Below are positions 38,731-48,559 of a stretch of 64,000 bases of DNA, piece by piece. The notes beneath the pieces are model-generated. The model had not been told where the DNA came from, did not search any database, and worked only from the letters and a program-made list of their open reading frames with translations. Position 1 is the first letter of the stretch; every line of letters starts with the position of its first letter. Position numbers and translations under genes: made by a program. This stretch comes from Bacillus subtilis subsp. subtilis str. 168 (GTDB taxonomy: Bacteria; Bacillota; Bacilli; Bacillales; Bacillaceae). The stretch covers positions 1,054,001 through 1,118,000 of the forward strand of contig NC_000964.3 of NCBI RefSeq assembly GCF_000009045.1. Reading direction: 5' to 3'.

Positions 38731-38768
38731 AAAAAGAACTTGTTTCCTTGGAAACAAGTTCTTTTTTT
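38731..38768. terminator. Bidirectional terminator yhgE/fabHB
   Basis: AAAAAGAACTTGTTTCC-TT-GGAAACAAGTTCTTTTT. Confidence 0.9.
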
Positions 38769-38769
38769 G

Positions 38770-39747
38770 TTACATCCCCCATTTAATAAGCAATCCTGTA
38801 TAGGTTAATCCGCCGCCAAACCCGAAAAGCAAAACGATTTGATCTTTTTTCAGCTTCCCGGCTTTCACTGCGAGATCGAGCGCCAAAACAATTGAAACCG
38901 AAGACGTGTTTCCGTAGTGCTCAACACTAGTGAGCGTTTTTTCAATCGGGAACGGTGTTTTTTCACAAATTGACTCGATCATGCGCAAGTTGGCGCTGTG
39001 AGGAACAAACCAATCGAGATCATCGGAGCTGAGTCCTGCTTTATGTAAAAGCCGTTCAAATTCGCCAGGGACGGTTCTTGCGGCCCATTTATATACCTCG
39101 CGTCCGTTTTGCACCATTTTTCCGGAACCGACAAGCTGCACACCGTTTATTTCATTTCGCAGTCCGGCACGATACAAAATATCGCCGCCGTTCCCGCTTG
39201 TTCCTTGTACAGACGCAAGAAATCCCGGCGTCTCTTCATCTCGTTCTACTAACAGCGCACCCGCGGCATCGCCGAACAGTACGCATGTCGTTCGATCGGT
39301 ATAATCGGTTACCTTTGATAACGTCTCTCCGGCGATGACGAGAATTTTTTGATGAAGGCCAGATGTGATCAATCCATTTGCCAAATGGAGGCCGTATGTC
39401 AGCCCGGCGCATGTCGCATTAATATCCAGCGCGCCGGTGCTTTCCCAGCCGAAATATTCCTGTACGCGGCATGCCGTACTCGGAAAGGCGTAATCGGATG
39501 TGGTTGTGGCAACGAGGATCATATCGACATCATCAAGCGTTCCTTTATAACGGCTCTTGAGATTCTTCACCGCTTCTATGCATAAATCAGAGGTAAATTG
39601 ATGTTCATCCGCAATCCGGCGTTCTCTCATTCCTGTGCGCTGAACGATCCATTCATCAGAGGTATCAACGATCTTTTCTAAATCTGCATTGGTTAAACGT
39701 CTGCTCGGCGCATAGGTGCCGATAGCTGTAATTTTTGCTTTTGACAT
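38770..39747 (-). CDS. fabHB: 3-oxoacyl-ACP synthase III (FabHB)
   Basis: NATCAG, PHSAN, GNTSS, FGFGGGLT. Confidence 0.95.
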   Translation of the reverse strand: MSKAKITAIGTYAPSRRLTNADLEKIVDTSDEWIVQRTGMRERRIADEHQFTSDLCIEAVKNLKSRYKGTLDDVDMILVATTTSDYAFPSTACRVQEYFGWESTGALDINATCAGLTYGLHLANGLITSGLHQKILVIAGETLSKVTDYTDRTTCVLFGDAAGALLVERDEETPGFLASVQGTSGNGGDILYRAGLRNEINGVQLVGSGKMVQNGREVYKWAARTVPGEFERLLHKAGLSSDDLDWFVPHSANLRMIESICEKTPFPIEKTLTSVEHYGNTSSVSIVLALDLAVKAGKLKKDQIVLLFGFGGGLTYTGLLIKWGM

Positions 39748-39785
39748 ATGAATCACTCCTTATGGTCAGATTATAACACTAGATA

Positions 39786-39802
39786 TTAGTATCTGGTACT
39801 AA
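39786..39802. promoter_or_regulatory. FapR operator shared by divergent fabHB and yhfC
   Basis: TTAGTA-TCTGG-TACTAA palindrome. Confidence 0.85.
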
Positions 39803-39873
39803 AAAGAAGGTTTTTTTACAAAAAAAGAGAAGTGTAGATAGGAATCTATGAAAAAGAAAAAGGAGGCTGAAAA

Positions 39874-40650
39874 ATGGTCAGTCAAGAAGCAGTAGTCTTT
39901 TTGGCATTATCCGGGGCTATTGCGTTTCTGTTGCCAATCGGGCTGATTGTATGGTTTAAGCGAAAGTATGGTGCCTCGCTTAAAGTGTTTTTTATTGGCG
40001 CTCTCACGTTTTTTGTCTTCGCTCAGCTGCTGGAAGGCGGCGTTCATGTTTATGTACTGCAAGTGAATGAAATGACGAAAGAAGCGATGCAGCATCCATT
40101 ATGGTATGGCATTTACGGCTGCTTGATGGCCGGCATTTTTGAGGAGTGCGGAAGGTATTTGATGATGCGATTTTTTATGAAGCGCCATCATACTTGGGCA
40201 GATGGTCTGGCTTTCGGGGCAGGCCATGGCGGGCTTGAAGCCATCCTGATTACAGGCTTGTCCTCTATCTCACTTATTGTATACGCATTTGCAATCAATA
40301 GCGGGACGTTTGAACAGCTTTTGGTCAATGGCGACGTCAAACAGGCGCTTTTGCCGATACAGGAGCAGCTGCTGCATACTCCTTCGTATGAATGGATGCT
40401 GGGCGGAATAGAAAGAATCAGTGCCATTGCCGTCCAGATTGGTCTGTCTCTGCTTGTTTTGTACGCGGTTAAAAACCGCCGGCCGCTGTTTTTGCTGTAT
40501 TCTATTCTTTTACATGCACTGTTTAATGTCCCGGCGGTTTTATATCAAAGAGGAATCATAGAGCATGCTGCAGCTGTTGAAATCATTGTTGCTCTTATAG
40601 CGGCTTTATCAGTTTATTGGATTGTAAAAGCAAAAAGGGTGTTTCAATAA
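39874..40650 (+). CDS. yhfC: YhfC-family intramembrane (PrsW/CPBP-like) protease candidate
   Basis: AGIFEECGRY, GAGHGGLE, LLHALFN; about 7 TMs. Confidence 0.8.
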   Translation: MVSQEAVVFLALSGAIAFLLPIGLIVWFKRKYGASLKVFFIGALTFFVFAQLLEGGVHVYVLQVNEMTKEAMQHPLWYGIYGCLMAGIFEECGRYLMMRFFMKRHHTWADGLAFGAGHGGLEAILITGLSSISLIVYAFAINSGTFEQLLVNGDVKQALLPIQEQLLHTPSYEWMLGGIERISAIAVQIGLSLLVLYAVKNRRPLFLLYSILLHALFNVPAVLYQRGIIEHAAAVEIIVALIAALSVYWIVKAKRVFQ

Positions 40651-40740
40651 AAGGTCCAAGCAGCAGCAATGCCCGCTTGGAAAAATGTGAATGGAAATAT
40701 TCATTAAGCATGGGTCATCAGAATATTTCTGATTCAGTCT

Positions 40741-40944
40741 TTAGCAATGACAGCAAGAATGTCTGTGTTTTTTACAAGAGAAACAATGGTGTTTCTTTTT
40801 CTTCTTCTCGCAAGGGTCATGGCATTCTTTCTTTTTCTTGCAATGGTCGTGGAAATCTTTATCGAACCACTCGTCAAAGAACCAAAAATCATCGAACCAA
40901 TCGTGACAACGACATTTCTGTTCATGTGAATGACGACAGCACAT
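40741..40944 (-). CDS. yhfD: 67-aa Cys/His/Lys-rich protein (metallothionein- or spore-coat-like)
   Basis: AAGAGGAGGG RBS before MCCRHSH; 12 Cys and 11 His. Confidence 0.75.
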   Translation of the reverse strand: MCCRHSHEQKCRCHDWFDDFWFFDEWFDKDFHDHCKKKKECHDPCEKKKKKHHCFSCKKHRHSCCHC

Positions 40945-41062
40945 AGAAATCCCTCCTCTTCCCATGCTCTCTACAGCATATGAGAGATTGATAGGAAAAG
41001 ATTGGACGGGTCCCTCGGGAAAAGAGTATATTTTAAGTAGAAAATAAAAGGAGGAATGCCCT

Positions 41063-42103
41063 ATGACGTCCGTACGTAAAACGATGGAGCTCATTAAAGA
41101 ACTTGTATCGATCCCAAGCCCGACAGGAAATACATATGAGGTGATCAATTATATTGAAAGCCTTTTAAAAGAATGGAAGGTAGAAACGGTTCGGAACCAC
41201 AAGGGCGGCTTAATTGCAACGCTTCCAGGACGCGACACATCCCGGCATCGCATGCTGACAGCGCACGTTGACACCCTCGGCGCTATGGTGAAGGAAATTA
41301 AAGCGGACGGCCGGCTGAAAATCGACTTAATCGGCGGGTTCCGCTACAACTCGATTGAGGGGGAGTATTGCCAAATTGAAACCGCCTCGGGAAAAATGTA
41401 CACAGGCACAATCTTAATGCATCAAACGTCTGTGCACGTATACAAAGACGCGGGAAAGGCTGAGCGGAATCAAGAGAATATGGAGATCCGCCTAGATGAA
41501 CCTGTTCACTGCCGGAAAGATACGGAGGAGCTTGGCATTGGCGTCGGAGACTTTGTGTCGTTTGATCCACGTGTCGAGATCACATCAAGCGGATTTATTA
41601 AATCGCGCCATTTGGATGACAAAGCAAGCGTCGCCTTATTGCTCCGCTTAATTCATGAAATTCAAACAGAAGACATTGAGCTGCCGTATACAACCCATTT
41701 TCTTATTTCCAATAATGAAGAAATCGGTTACGGCGGGAATTCGAATATTCCTCCTGAAACAGTTGAATATTTGGCGGTTGATATGGGCGCTATCGGTGAC
41801 GGGCAGGCGACGGATGAATATTCAGTATCAATCTGTGTGAAGGATGCGAGCGGGCCGTATCATTATCAGCTCAGAAAGCATTTAGTTCAATTAGCCGAGA
41901 AGCATCATATTGACTATAAGCTTGATATATATCCGTACTACGGGTCTGATGCGTCAGCAGCGATCAAATCCGGGCATGATATTGTGCATGGCCTCATAGG
42001 GCCGGGAATTGACGCTTCCCATGCATTTGAACGCACCCATAAATCATCTCTTCGCCATACCGCTAAGCTTCTGTATTACTATGTACAGTCACCAATGGTA
42101 TAA
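41063..42103 (+). CDS. yhfE: M42 family metallo-aminopeptidase
   Basis: AHVDTLG, RHLDDKAS, NEEIG, AVDMG, SHAFER. Confidence 0.9.
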   Translation: MTSVRKTMELIKELVSIPSPTGNTYEVINYIESLLKEWKVETVRNHKGGLIATLPGRDTSRHRMLTAHVDTLGAMVKEIKADGRLKIDLIGGFRYNSIEGEYCQIETASGKMYTGTILMHQTSVHVYKDAGKAERNQENMEIRLDEPVHCRKDTEELGIGVGDFVSFDPRVEITSSGFIKSRHLDDKASVALLLRLIHEIQTEDIELPYTTHFLISNNEEIGYGGNSNIPPETVEYLAVDMGAIGDGQATDEYSVSICVKDASGPYHYQLRKHLVQLAEKHHIDYKLDIYPYYGSDASAAIKSGHDIVHGLIGPGIDASHAFERTHKSSLRHTAKLLYYYVQSPMV

Positions 42104-42115
42104 GGGGGAGGACCA

Positions 42116-42523
42116 ATGAAGATTTATAAGCTGAAAAGCACATTCGGTTGGGAAGGTGATGACGGGTTGGGAGAACAGCTGATTCAGCAGATCCTTGCCG
42201 GAGAAAAAAGCGCCACGTGCGCGCCGAAATCATTGTATTCAAAAGATGAATTGAGGGACGTTTATCAAACAGCGGGTCAGCTTGTTACCGTTTATGATAA
42301 ACATGACAATCCAAGATGCAATATAAAAGTAACAGATGTCTTTGAAACCACCTTTGGTGCGCCTGATATGAGGTTAGTCAAAGGAGAGGGCAATGGAGAC
42401 CGAATTGAGGAGTTTCAAGAGGATCATCGGATGGCATGGGCGGAACTGATCAAAAGCGGTGAACTGGAGCTGAATGAGGATACTGTTTTGATTACAGAGT
42501 TGTTTGTGCTTGTTAAAGATTAA
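42116..42523 (+). CDS. yhfF: ASCH (PUA-like) domain protein
   Basis: [10 protein letters not shown]...GEG.G. Confidence 0.8.
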
Positions 42524-42557
42524 AAAAGCCTGCGGGGCAAGAACCCCGCAGGCTTTT
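42524..42557. terminator. Bidirectional terminator yhfF/gltT
   Basis: AAAAGCCTGCGGGG-CAAGAA-CCCCGCAGGCTTTT. Confidence 0.88.
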
Positions 42558-42559
42558 CA

Positions 42560-43849
42560 TTAACCAGAAATGGTTGCGTTTTGTTCTGTTTTCGATTGGG
42601 ACATAACAGTTTCTGCTTTCGCAGGATTAAACATGCCTTCCCATTTAGACATCACAACGGCAGCAAGCGCGTTACCAGTCAGGTTGACAACTGTACGTGC
42701 CATATCCATGATGCGGTCTACGCCGGCAATAAAGGCAAGTCCTTCAGCCGGAACGCCGATGGTGCCAAGCGTTGCAAGCAAGACAACAAAAGAAGTACCA
42801 GGTACGGCAGCCATCCCTTTGGATGTCACCATTAAGACGAGCACAAGCGTAATTTGGTGCCAAATCGTCAAATCAATGCCATATACCTGTGCTAAAAAGA
42901 GTGCGGCAATAGATTGATAGAGAACGGAACCGTCTAAGTTAAACGTGTAACCGATCGGAATGACAAATGAAACAATGCCTTTTGGACATCCGATTTTCTC
43001 CATTTTTTCCATGATACGCGGAAGAACCGTTTCAGAGCTGGACGTACTGAACGCCAGTAAGATTTCGTCCTTCATGTAAGCAAGGAACTTGAAGATGCTG
43101 ATGCCGGCAATTTTTGCGACAATCCCGAAAATAACAATTAAGAAGAAAGCAAGCGCGACATAAACCAATCCGACGAGCTTTCCGAGAGAGATAAGAGAAC
43201 CGAGTCCGAATTTAGACACAGTCACTCCGATAAGAGCGAAAACGCCGAATGGCGCCACTTTCATCACAAGGTTTACAACGTGGAACATGGCATGGGATAC
43301 ACCTTCAAAAAAGGCTAATACAGGCTTGCCTCTTTCACCGATCGCGGAAATACCCAATGCAAATAGTACTGTAAAGCAGATGATGGCTAGAAGATCCCCT
43401 TCGACCAATGACTGGAAGAAGTTTGTCGGCACAATATGGAGGAACGTTTCCGCCACTGATTTATTACTTTGTTCTTTTTCAGTTTCAACATATTGACTGA
43501 TGTCCGATTTTTGAGCTTCGTGTATATTAACTCCTGTACCCGGATGGAAGATGTTTGCAAGGGCTAGTCCGAGAATAATGGCAAAAGTCGTGATGATCTC
43601 GAAGTACAGAATCGTTCTGAAGCCTAATTTACCGACTTGCTTTCCATTTCCTGCACCGGCTACACCGATGATTAAGCTGGAGACAACAATAGGAATCACT
43701 ATCATTTTGATTAAGCGTAAAAAGAGATCCCCGATTGGCTGCAGGTAAGTAGGCAATGCTGGGTTGCCATACCAAATGACGCCAACAATGACACCTAGAA
43801 TAAGTCCAACGAATATTTGTGTGGCTAATCCAAACTTAATTCTTTTCAT
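42560..43849 (-). CDS. gltT: Proton/sodium:glutamate-aspartate symporter (DAACS)
   Basis: FSTSSSETVLP, GYTFNLDG, DRIMDMARTVVN. Confidence 0.95.
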   Translation of the reverse strand: MKRIKFGLATQIFVGLILGVIVGVIWYGNPALPTYLQPIGDLFLRLIKMIVIPIVVSSLIIGVAGAGNGKQVGKLGFRTILYFEIITTFAIILGLALANIFHPGTGVNIHEAQKSDISQYVETEKEQSNKSVAETFLHIVPTNFFQSLVEGDLLAIICFTVLFALGISAIGERGKPVLAFFEGVSHAMFHVVNLVMKVAPFGVFALIGVTVSKFGLGSLISLGKLVGLVYVALAFFLIVIFGIVAKIAGISIFKFLAYMKDEILLAFSTSSSETVLPRIMEKMEKIGCPKGIVSFVIPIGYTFNLDGSVLYQSIAALFLAQVYGIDLTIWHQITLVLVLMVTSKGMAAVPGTSFVVLLATLGTIGVPAEGLAFIAGVDRIMDMARTVVNLTGNALAAVVMSKWEGMFNPAKAETVMSQSKTEQNATISG

Positions 43850-44119
43850 AGATTACCTCCCAAAAAACAAAGTATCAACATATATCATGAATAGACATAT
43901 ATTTAATCTCACTATTAGATCAAATTATAATAGATAAGAAATCAATTCGTCTATAGTAAATTATATTTCGAAAATAAAGAATATTCAATGACATTATGAT
44001 AATCACCAGAATTATCTAAAAACAGGTGAGCTTTGACCTAACCTGACTATTATTTCAAAATTAAGAGATATGTGAAAAAATAAGAAAATCCCACGCGTAA
44101 GGCGCGGGATTTTCGCTCA

Positions 44120-44254
44120 TTACAAATCGTTTACTTTTATACAGTCATTGCAGATATTACCATAACACTCATGCTGCTCTTCTATCTTTTTTCCGCATTC
44201 CGCACACTTTTTCGAAGGCAGGTTTCTAAAAAATTCTGTGATTTTCCCCAGCAT
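44120..44254 (-). CDS. yhfH: YhfH-family 44-aa zinc-finger-like protein
   Basis: GAGGGA RBS; EFFRNLPSKKCAECG...ECYGNICNDC. Confidence 0.85.
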   Translation of the reverse strand: MLGKITEFFRNLPSKKCAECGKKIEEQHECYGNICNDCIKVNDL

Positions 44255-44287
44255 AACCAATCCCTCTTTCCCCTTTGTAGTGATTTC

Positions 44288-44334
44288 ATTGTAATATAAC
44301 AGATTACAAAAATCAATAACTGTTTTGATACAAT
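44288..44334. promoter_or_regulatory. Overlapping divergent SigA promoters of yhfH and yhfI-lplJ
   Basis: Minus: TTGATT-N17-TACAAT (44316-44288); plus: TGaTACAAT extended -10 (44326-44334). Confidence 0.55.
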
Positions 44335-44411
44335 GTTTAAAACATGCTTTTTTCAAGAAAAATGGGTATATTGAAGGAGGACCAATTTTTTTGAAAAGAT
44401 AGGAGGACATT

Positions 44412-45146
44412 ATGAAAGTTACAGTTATCGGATGCTATGGCGGTTTTCCGGCCGCAAATGAAGCGACGTCAGGCTATTTGTTTCAGTCAGGTGATTACTC
44501 TCTGCTTGTTGATTGCGGCAGTGCCGTATTGTCTAAGCTGTTCGGATATGTGCCGGCGGAAAAGCTGGATGCGGTCGTTCTGTCTCATTATCACCATGAC
44601 CATATCGCTGATATCGGACCGCTGCAATTTGCCAAGCAAGTCGGTTCGTTTCTCGGCAAAGGAGAGCATACGCTTCCGATTTACGGACATGATGCTGATA
44701 TAGAACAGTTTCAAAAGCTTACATATAAAACACATACAAAAGGGATCGCCTATCAGCCGGATCAGCCGCTGACTGCCGGTCCGTTTACGATCACCTTTTT
44801 AAAAACGATTCACCCGGTGACGTGCTATGCCATGCGGATTACTGACGGCAGCCACACTGTCGTTTATACTGCTGATTCCAGCTATCAGGATTCATTTATA
44901 CCGTTTTCGAAAGATGCTGATTTATTGATCTCAGAATGCAATTTTTATGCCGATCAAGACGGAACAAGTGCAGGCCATATGAACAGCCTGGAAGCTGGGC
45001 GCATTGCAAAAGAAGCCGGAGCGGGAGAACTGCTGCTGACACATTTGCCGCATTTTGGCGTGCATGACAACCTTCGCAAAGAAGCGAAAACCGTTTTTAA
45101 CGGAGAAGTGAATATTGCGAAATCAGGTTTTGTGTGGGAAGGATAA
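44412..45146 (+). CDS. yhfI: Metallo-beta-lactamase-fold hydrolase (RNase Z-like)
   Basis: LVDCGS, SHYHHDH, YTADS, THLPH. Confidence 0.85.
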   Translation: MKVTVIGCYGGFPAANEATSGYLFQSGDYSLLVDCGSAVLSKLFGYVPAEKLDAVVLSHYHHDHIADIGPLQFAKQVGSFLGKGEHTLPIYGHDADIEQFQKLTYKTHTKGIAYQPDQPLTAGPFTITFLKTIHPVTCYAMRITDGSHTVVYTADSSYQDSFIPFSKDADLLISECNFYADQDGTSAGHMNSLEAGRIAKEAGAGELLLTHLPHFGVHDNLRKEAKTVFNGEVNIAKSGFVWEG

Positions 45147-45158
45147 AGGAGGAGCACC

Positions 45159-46154
45159 ATGTTATTTATAGACAATCAAAATATCAATGATCCGCGGATC
45201 AATCTTGCTATCGAGGAGTACTGTGTAAAGCATTTAGACCCTGAACAGCAATATTTGCTCTTTTATGTGAATCAACCGTCTATTATCATTGGGAAAAACC
45301 AAAATACAATAGAAGAAATCAATACAAAATATGTTGAGGAAAACGGGATTATCGTCGTCCGCCGTTTATCAGGCGGGGGCGCTGTGTACCATGATCTGGG
45401 GAACTTGAACTTCAGCTTTATTACCAAGGATGACGGGGACAGCTTTCATAACTTTAAAAAATTCACTGAGCCAGTGATTCAGGCGTTACATCAGCTTGGG
45501 GTTGAAGCCGAATTAAGCGGCCGGAACGACATTGTAGTAGATGGCCGGAAAATATCCGGAAACGCTCAGTTTGCAACGAAAGGCCGTATTTTCAGCCACG
45601 GCACCCTCATGTTTGATTCAGCCATTGATCATGTTGTATCAGCATTAAAGGTGAAAAAGGATAAAATTGAATCAAAAGGCATCAAATCGATCAGAAGCCG
45701 AGTGGCAAACATCAGTGAGTTTCTCGATGATAAAATGACCACCGAAGAATTCCGCAGCCATTTGCTTCGCCATATTTTTAACACAAACGACGTTGGAAAC
45801 GTGCCGGAGTATAAGCTGACGGAAAAAGATTGGGAGACCATTCATCAAATTTCGAAAGAGCGCTATCAGAATTGGGATTGGAACTACGGCCGCTCACCAA
45901 AATTTAACCTTAATCATTCGAAGCGTTATCCGGTTGGATCGATCGATTTGCACCTGGAAGTCAAGAAAGGCAAAATCGAGGACTGCAAAATCTTCGGAGA
46001 TTTCTTCGGTGTCGGTGATGTATCTGAAATTGAAAACCTGCTGGTCGGAAAACAATACGAACGCAGCGTCATCGCTGATGTGCTCGAAGGTGTGAATCTC
46101 AAGCATTACTTTGGGAACATTACGAAAGAGGATTTCCTTGATCTGATTTACTAA
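45159..46154 (+). CDS. lplJ: Lipoate-protein ligase
   Basis: RRLSGGGAVYHD, RNDIVVDGRKISGNAQ, HGTLMFD. Confidence 0.95.
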   Translation: MLFIDNQNINDPRINLAIEEYCVKHLDPEQQYLLFYVNQPSIIIGKNQNTIEEINTKYVEENGIIVVRRLSGGGAVYHDLGNLNFSFITKDDGDSFHNFKKFTEPVIQALHQLGVEAELSGRNDIVVDGRKISGNAQFATKGRIFSHGTLMFDSAIDHVVSALKVKKDKIESKGIKSIRSRVANISEFLDDKMTTEEFRSHLLRHIFNTNDVGNVPEYKLTEKDWETIHQISKERYQNWDWNYGRSPKFNLNHSKRYPVGSIDLHLEVKKGKIEDCKIFGDFFGVGDVSEIENLLVGKQYERSVIADVLEGVNLKHYFGNITKEDFLDLIY

Positions 46155-46218
46155 GGCAAAACACATCGTTTGAAAGAGCGGTTGTGTTTTTGAAATAATG
46201 GAGGCAGGAGGGATTCAC

Positions 46219-46863
46219 ATGAAAGTGTTTTTAATCGGAGCGAACGGACAAATCGGGCAAAGACTCGTCTCTTTATTCCAAGATAATCCTGATCATTCCA
46301 TCAGAGCGATGGTCAGAAAAGAAGAACAGAAAGCGTCTCTTGAAGCTGCCGGTGCAGAAGCTGTGCTTGCGAATCTGGAGGGCAGCCCGGAAGAAATCGC
46401 CGCTGCGGCAAAAGGTTGTGACGCGATCATTTTCACAGCCGGTTCCGGCGGCAGCACAGGCTATGATAAAACGCTGCTGGTGGATCTTGATGGAGCGGCA
46501 AAAGCCATTGAAGCTGCGGCCATTGCCGGAATCAAACGGTTTATTATGGTCAGCGCCCTGCAAGCCCATAACCGTGAAAATTGGAATGAGGCACTCAAGC
46601 CTTATTATGTGGCCAAGCATTATGCTGATAAAATTCTGGAAGCGAGCGGTTTAACCTATACGATTATCCGTCCGGGAGGCCTTCGCAATGAGCCTGGAAC
46701 GGGAACTGTTTCAGCAGCGAAGGATCTGGAGCGGGGATTTATTTCCCGTGATGACGTTGCAAAAACGGTCATTGCCTCTTTAGATGAGAAGAATACGGAA
46801 AATCGGGCCTTTGATCTGACAGAAGGAGATACGCCGATTGCCGAAGCATTGAAGAAACTATGA
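46219..46863 (+). CDS. yhfK: Atypical SDR / NAD(P)-binding protein
   Basis: LIGANGQIG Rossmann motif; IRPGGL; ISRDDVA. Confidence 0.85.
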   Translation: MKVFLIGANGQIGQRLVSLFQDNPDHSIRAMVRKEEQKASLEAAGAEAVLANLEGSPEEIAAAAKGCDAIIFTAGSGGSTGYDKTLLVDLDGAAKAIEAAAIAGIKRFIMVSALQAHNRENWNEALKPYYVAKHYADKILEASGLTYTIIRPGGLRNEPGTGTVSAAKDLERGFISRDDVAKTVIASLDEKNTENRAFDLTEGDTPIAEALKKL

Positions 46864-46944
46864 CAGTACTGACACTCAGGGCTTTTTGCTCTTGAGTGTT
46901 TTTTTCTGTTTCTCTATAATGGAGAAGAAAGCTTGGCTTCAATA

Positions 46945-46964
46945 ATGAATGACTATTCATTCAC
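46945..46964 (+). promoter_or_regulatory. FadR (YsiA) box of lcfB
   Basis: ATGAATGACTATTCATTCAC vs WTGAATGAMTANTCATTCAN. Confidence 0.85.
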
Positions 46965-46979
46965 TTAAGGGGTGGGAGA

Positions 46980-48521
46980 ATGAATCTTGTTTCAAAATTG
47001 GAAGAAACAGCATCTGAGAAGCCCGACAGCATCGCATGCAGGTTTAAAGATCACATGATGACGTATCAAGAGCTGAATGAATATATTCAGCGATTTGCGG
47101 ACGGCCTTCAGGAAGCCGGTATGGAGAAAGGGGACCATTTAGCTTTGCTGCTTGGCAATTCGCCTGATTTTATCATCGCGTTTTTTGGCGCTTTAAAAGC
47201 TGGGATCGTAGTTGTTCCCATCAATCCGTTGTACACGCCGACAGAAATTGGTTATATGCTGACAAATGGCGATGTAAAGGCAATCGTGGGCGTTAGCCAG
47301 CTTTTGCCGCTTTATGAGAGCATGCATGAATCGCTGCCAAAGGTTGAGCTCGTCATTTTATGCCAGACGGGGGAGGCCGAGCCGGAAGCTGCGGACCCAG
47401 AGGTCAGGATGAAAATGACAACGTTTGCAAAAATATTGCGGCCGACATCTGCCGCTAAACAAAACCAAGAACCTGTACCTGATGATACCGCGGTTATTTT
47501 ATATACGTCAGGAACGACTGGAAAACCGAAAGGCGCGATGCTGACACATCAGAATTTGTACAGCAATGCCAACGATGTCGCAGGCTATTTGGGAATGGAT
47601 GAGAGGGACAATGTGGTCTGCGCTCTTCCCATGTTTCACGTGTTTTGTTTAACCGTCTGTATGAATGCACCGCTGATGAGCGGCGCAACTGTATTGATTG
47701 AGCCTCAATTCAGTCCGGCATCTGTTTTTAAGCTTGTTAAGCAGCAGCAGGCGACCATTTTTGCCGGTGTGCCTACAATGTATAACTACTTGTTTCAGCA
47801 TGAAAACGGAAAGAAAGATGATTTTTCTTCGATCCGGCTGTGCATTTCGGGAGGCGCGTCCATGCCAGTCGCGTTGCTGACGGCGTTTGAAGAAAAATTC
47901 GGTGTTACCATTTTGGAAGGCTACGGGCTCTCGGAAGCATCACCCGTCACGTGCTTTAACCCGTTTGACAGGGGCAGAAAGCCGGGCTCCATCGGGACAA
48001 GTATCTTACATGTCGAAAACAAGGTCGTAGATCCGCTCGGACGCGAGCTGCCCGCTCACCAGGTCGGCGAATTGATCGTGAAAGGCCCCAATGTGATGAA
48101 GGGCTATTATAAAATGCCGATGGAAACAGAGCATGCATTAAAAGACGGGTGGCTTTATACGGGGGACTTGGCAAGACGGGATGAGGACGGCTATTTTTAC
48201 ATTGTTGACCGGAAAAAAGACATGATCATTGTAGGAGGATACAATGTGTATCCGCGGGAGGTGGAGGAGGTGCTGTACAGCCATCCGGACGTCAAGGAGG
48301 CGGTTGTCATCGGCGTGCCGGACCCCCAAAGCGGGGAAGCGGTAAAGGGATATGTGGTGCCGAAACGCTCTGGGGTAACAGAGGAGGACATCATGCAGCA
48401 CTGCGAAAAGCATCTGGCAAAATACAAGCGGCCTGCCGCCATTACGTTTCTTGACGATATTCCGAAAAATGCGACGGGGAAAATGCTCAGACGGGCACTG
48501 AGAGATATTTTGCCCCAATAA
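46980..48521 (+). CDS. lcfB: Long-chain fatty acid-CoA ligase
   Basis: [32 protein letters not shown]. Confidence 0.92.
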
Positions 48522-48559
48522 AATGAAAAAGCGAAGCGGTTAGCTTCGCTTTTTCATTT

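Noticed and set aside
40734-41148. 135-aa and 63-aa minus-strand ORFs and 60/109-aa plus-strand ORFs over yhfD
   Set aside because: The strong RBS selects ATG 40944; the longer version would overlap yhfE, and the others are alternative frames of low-complexity DNA
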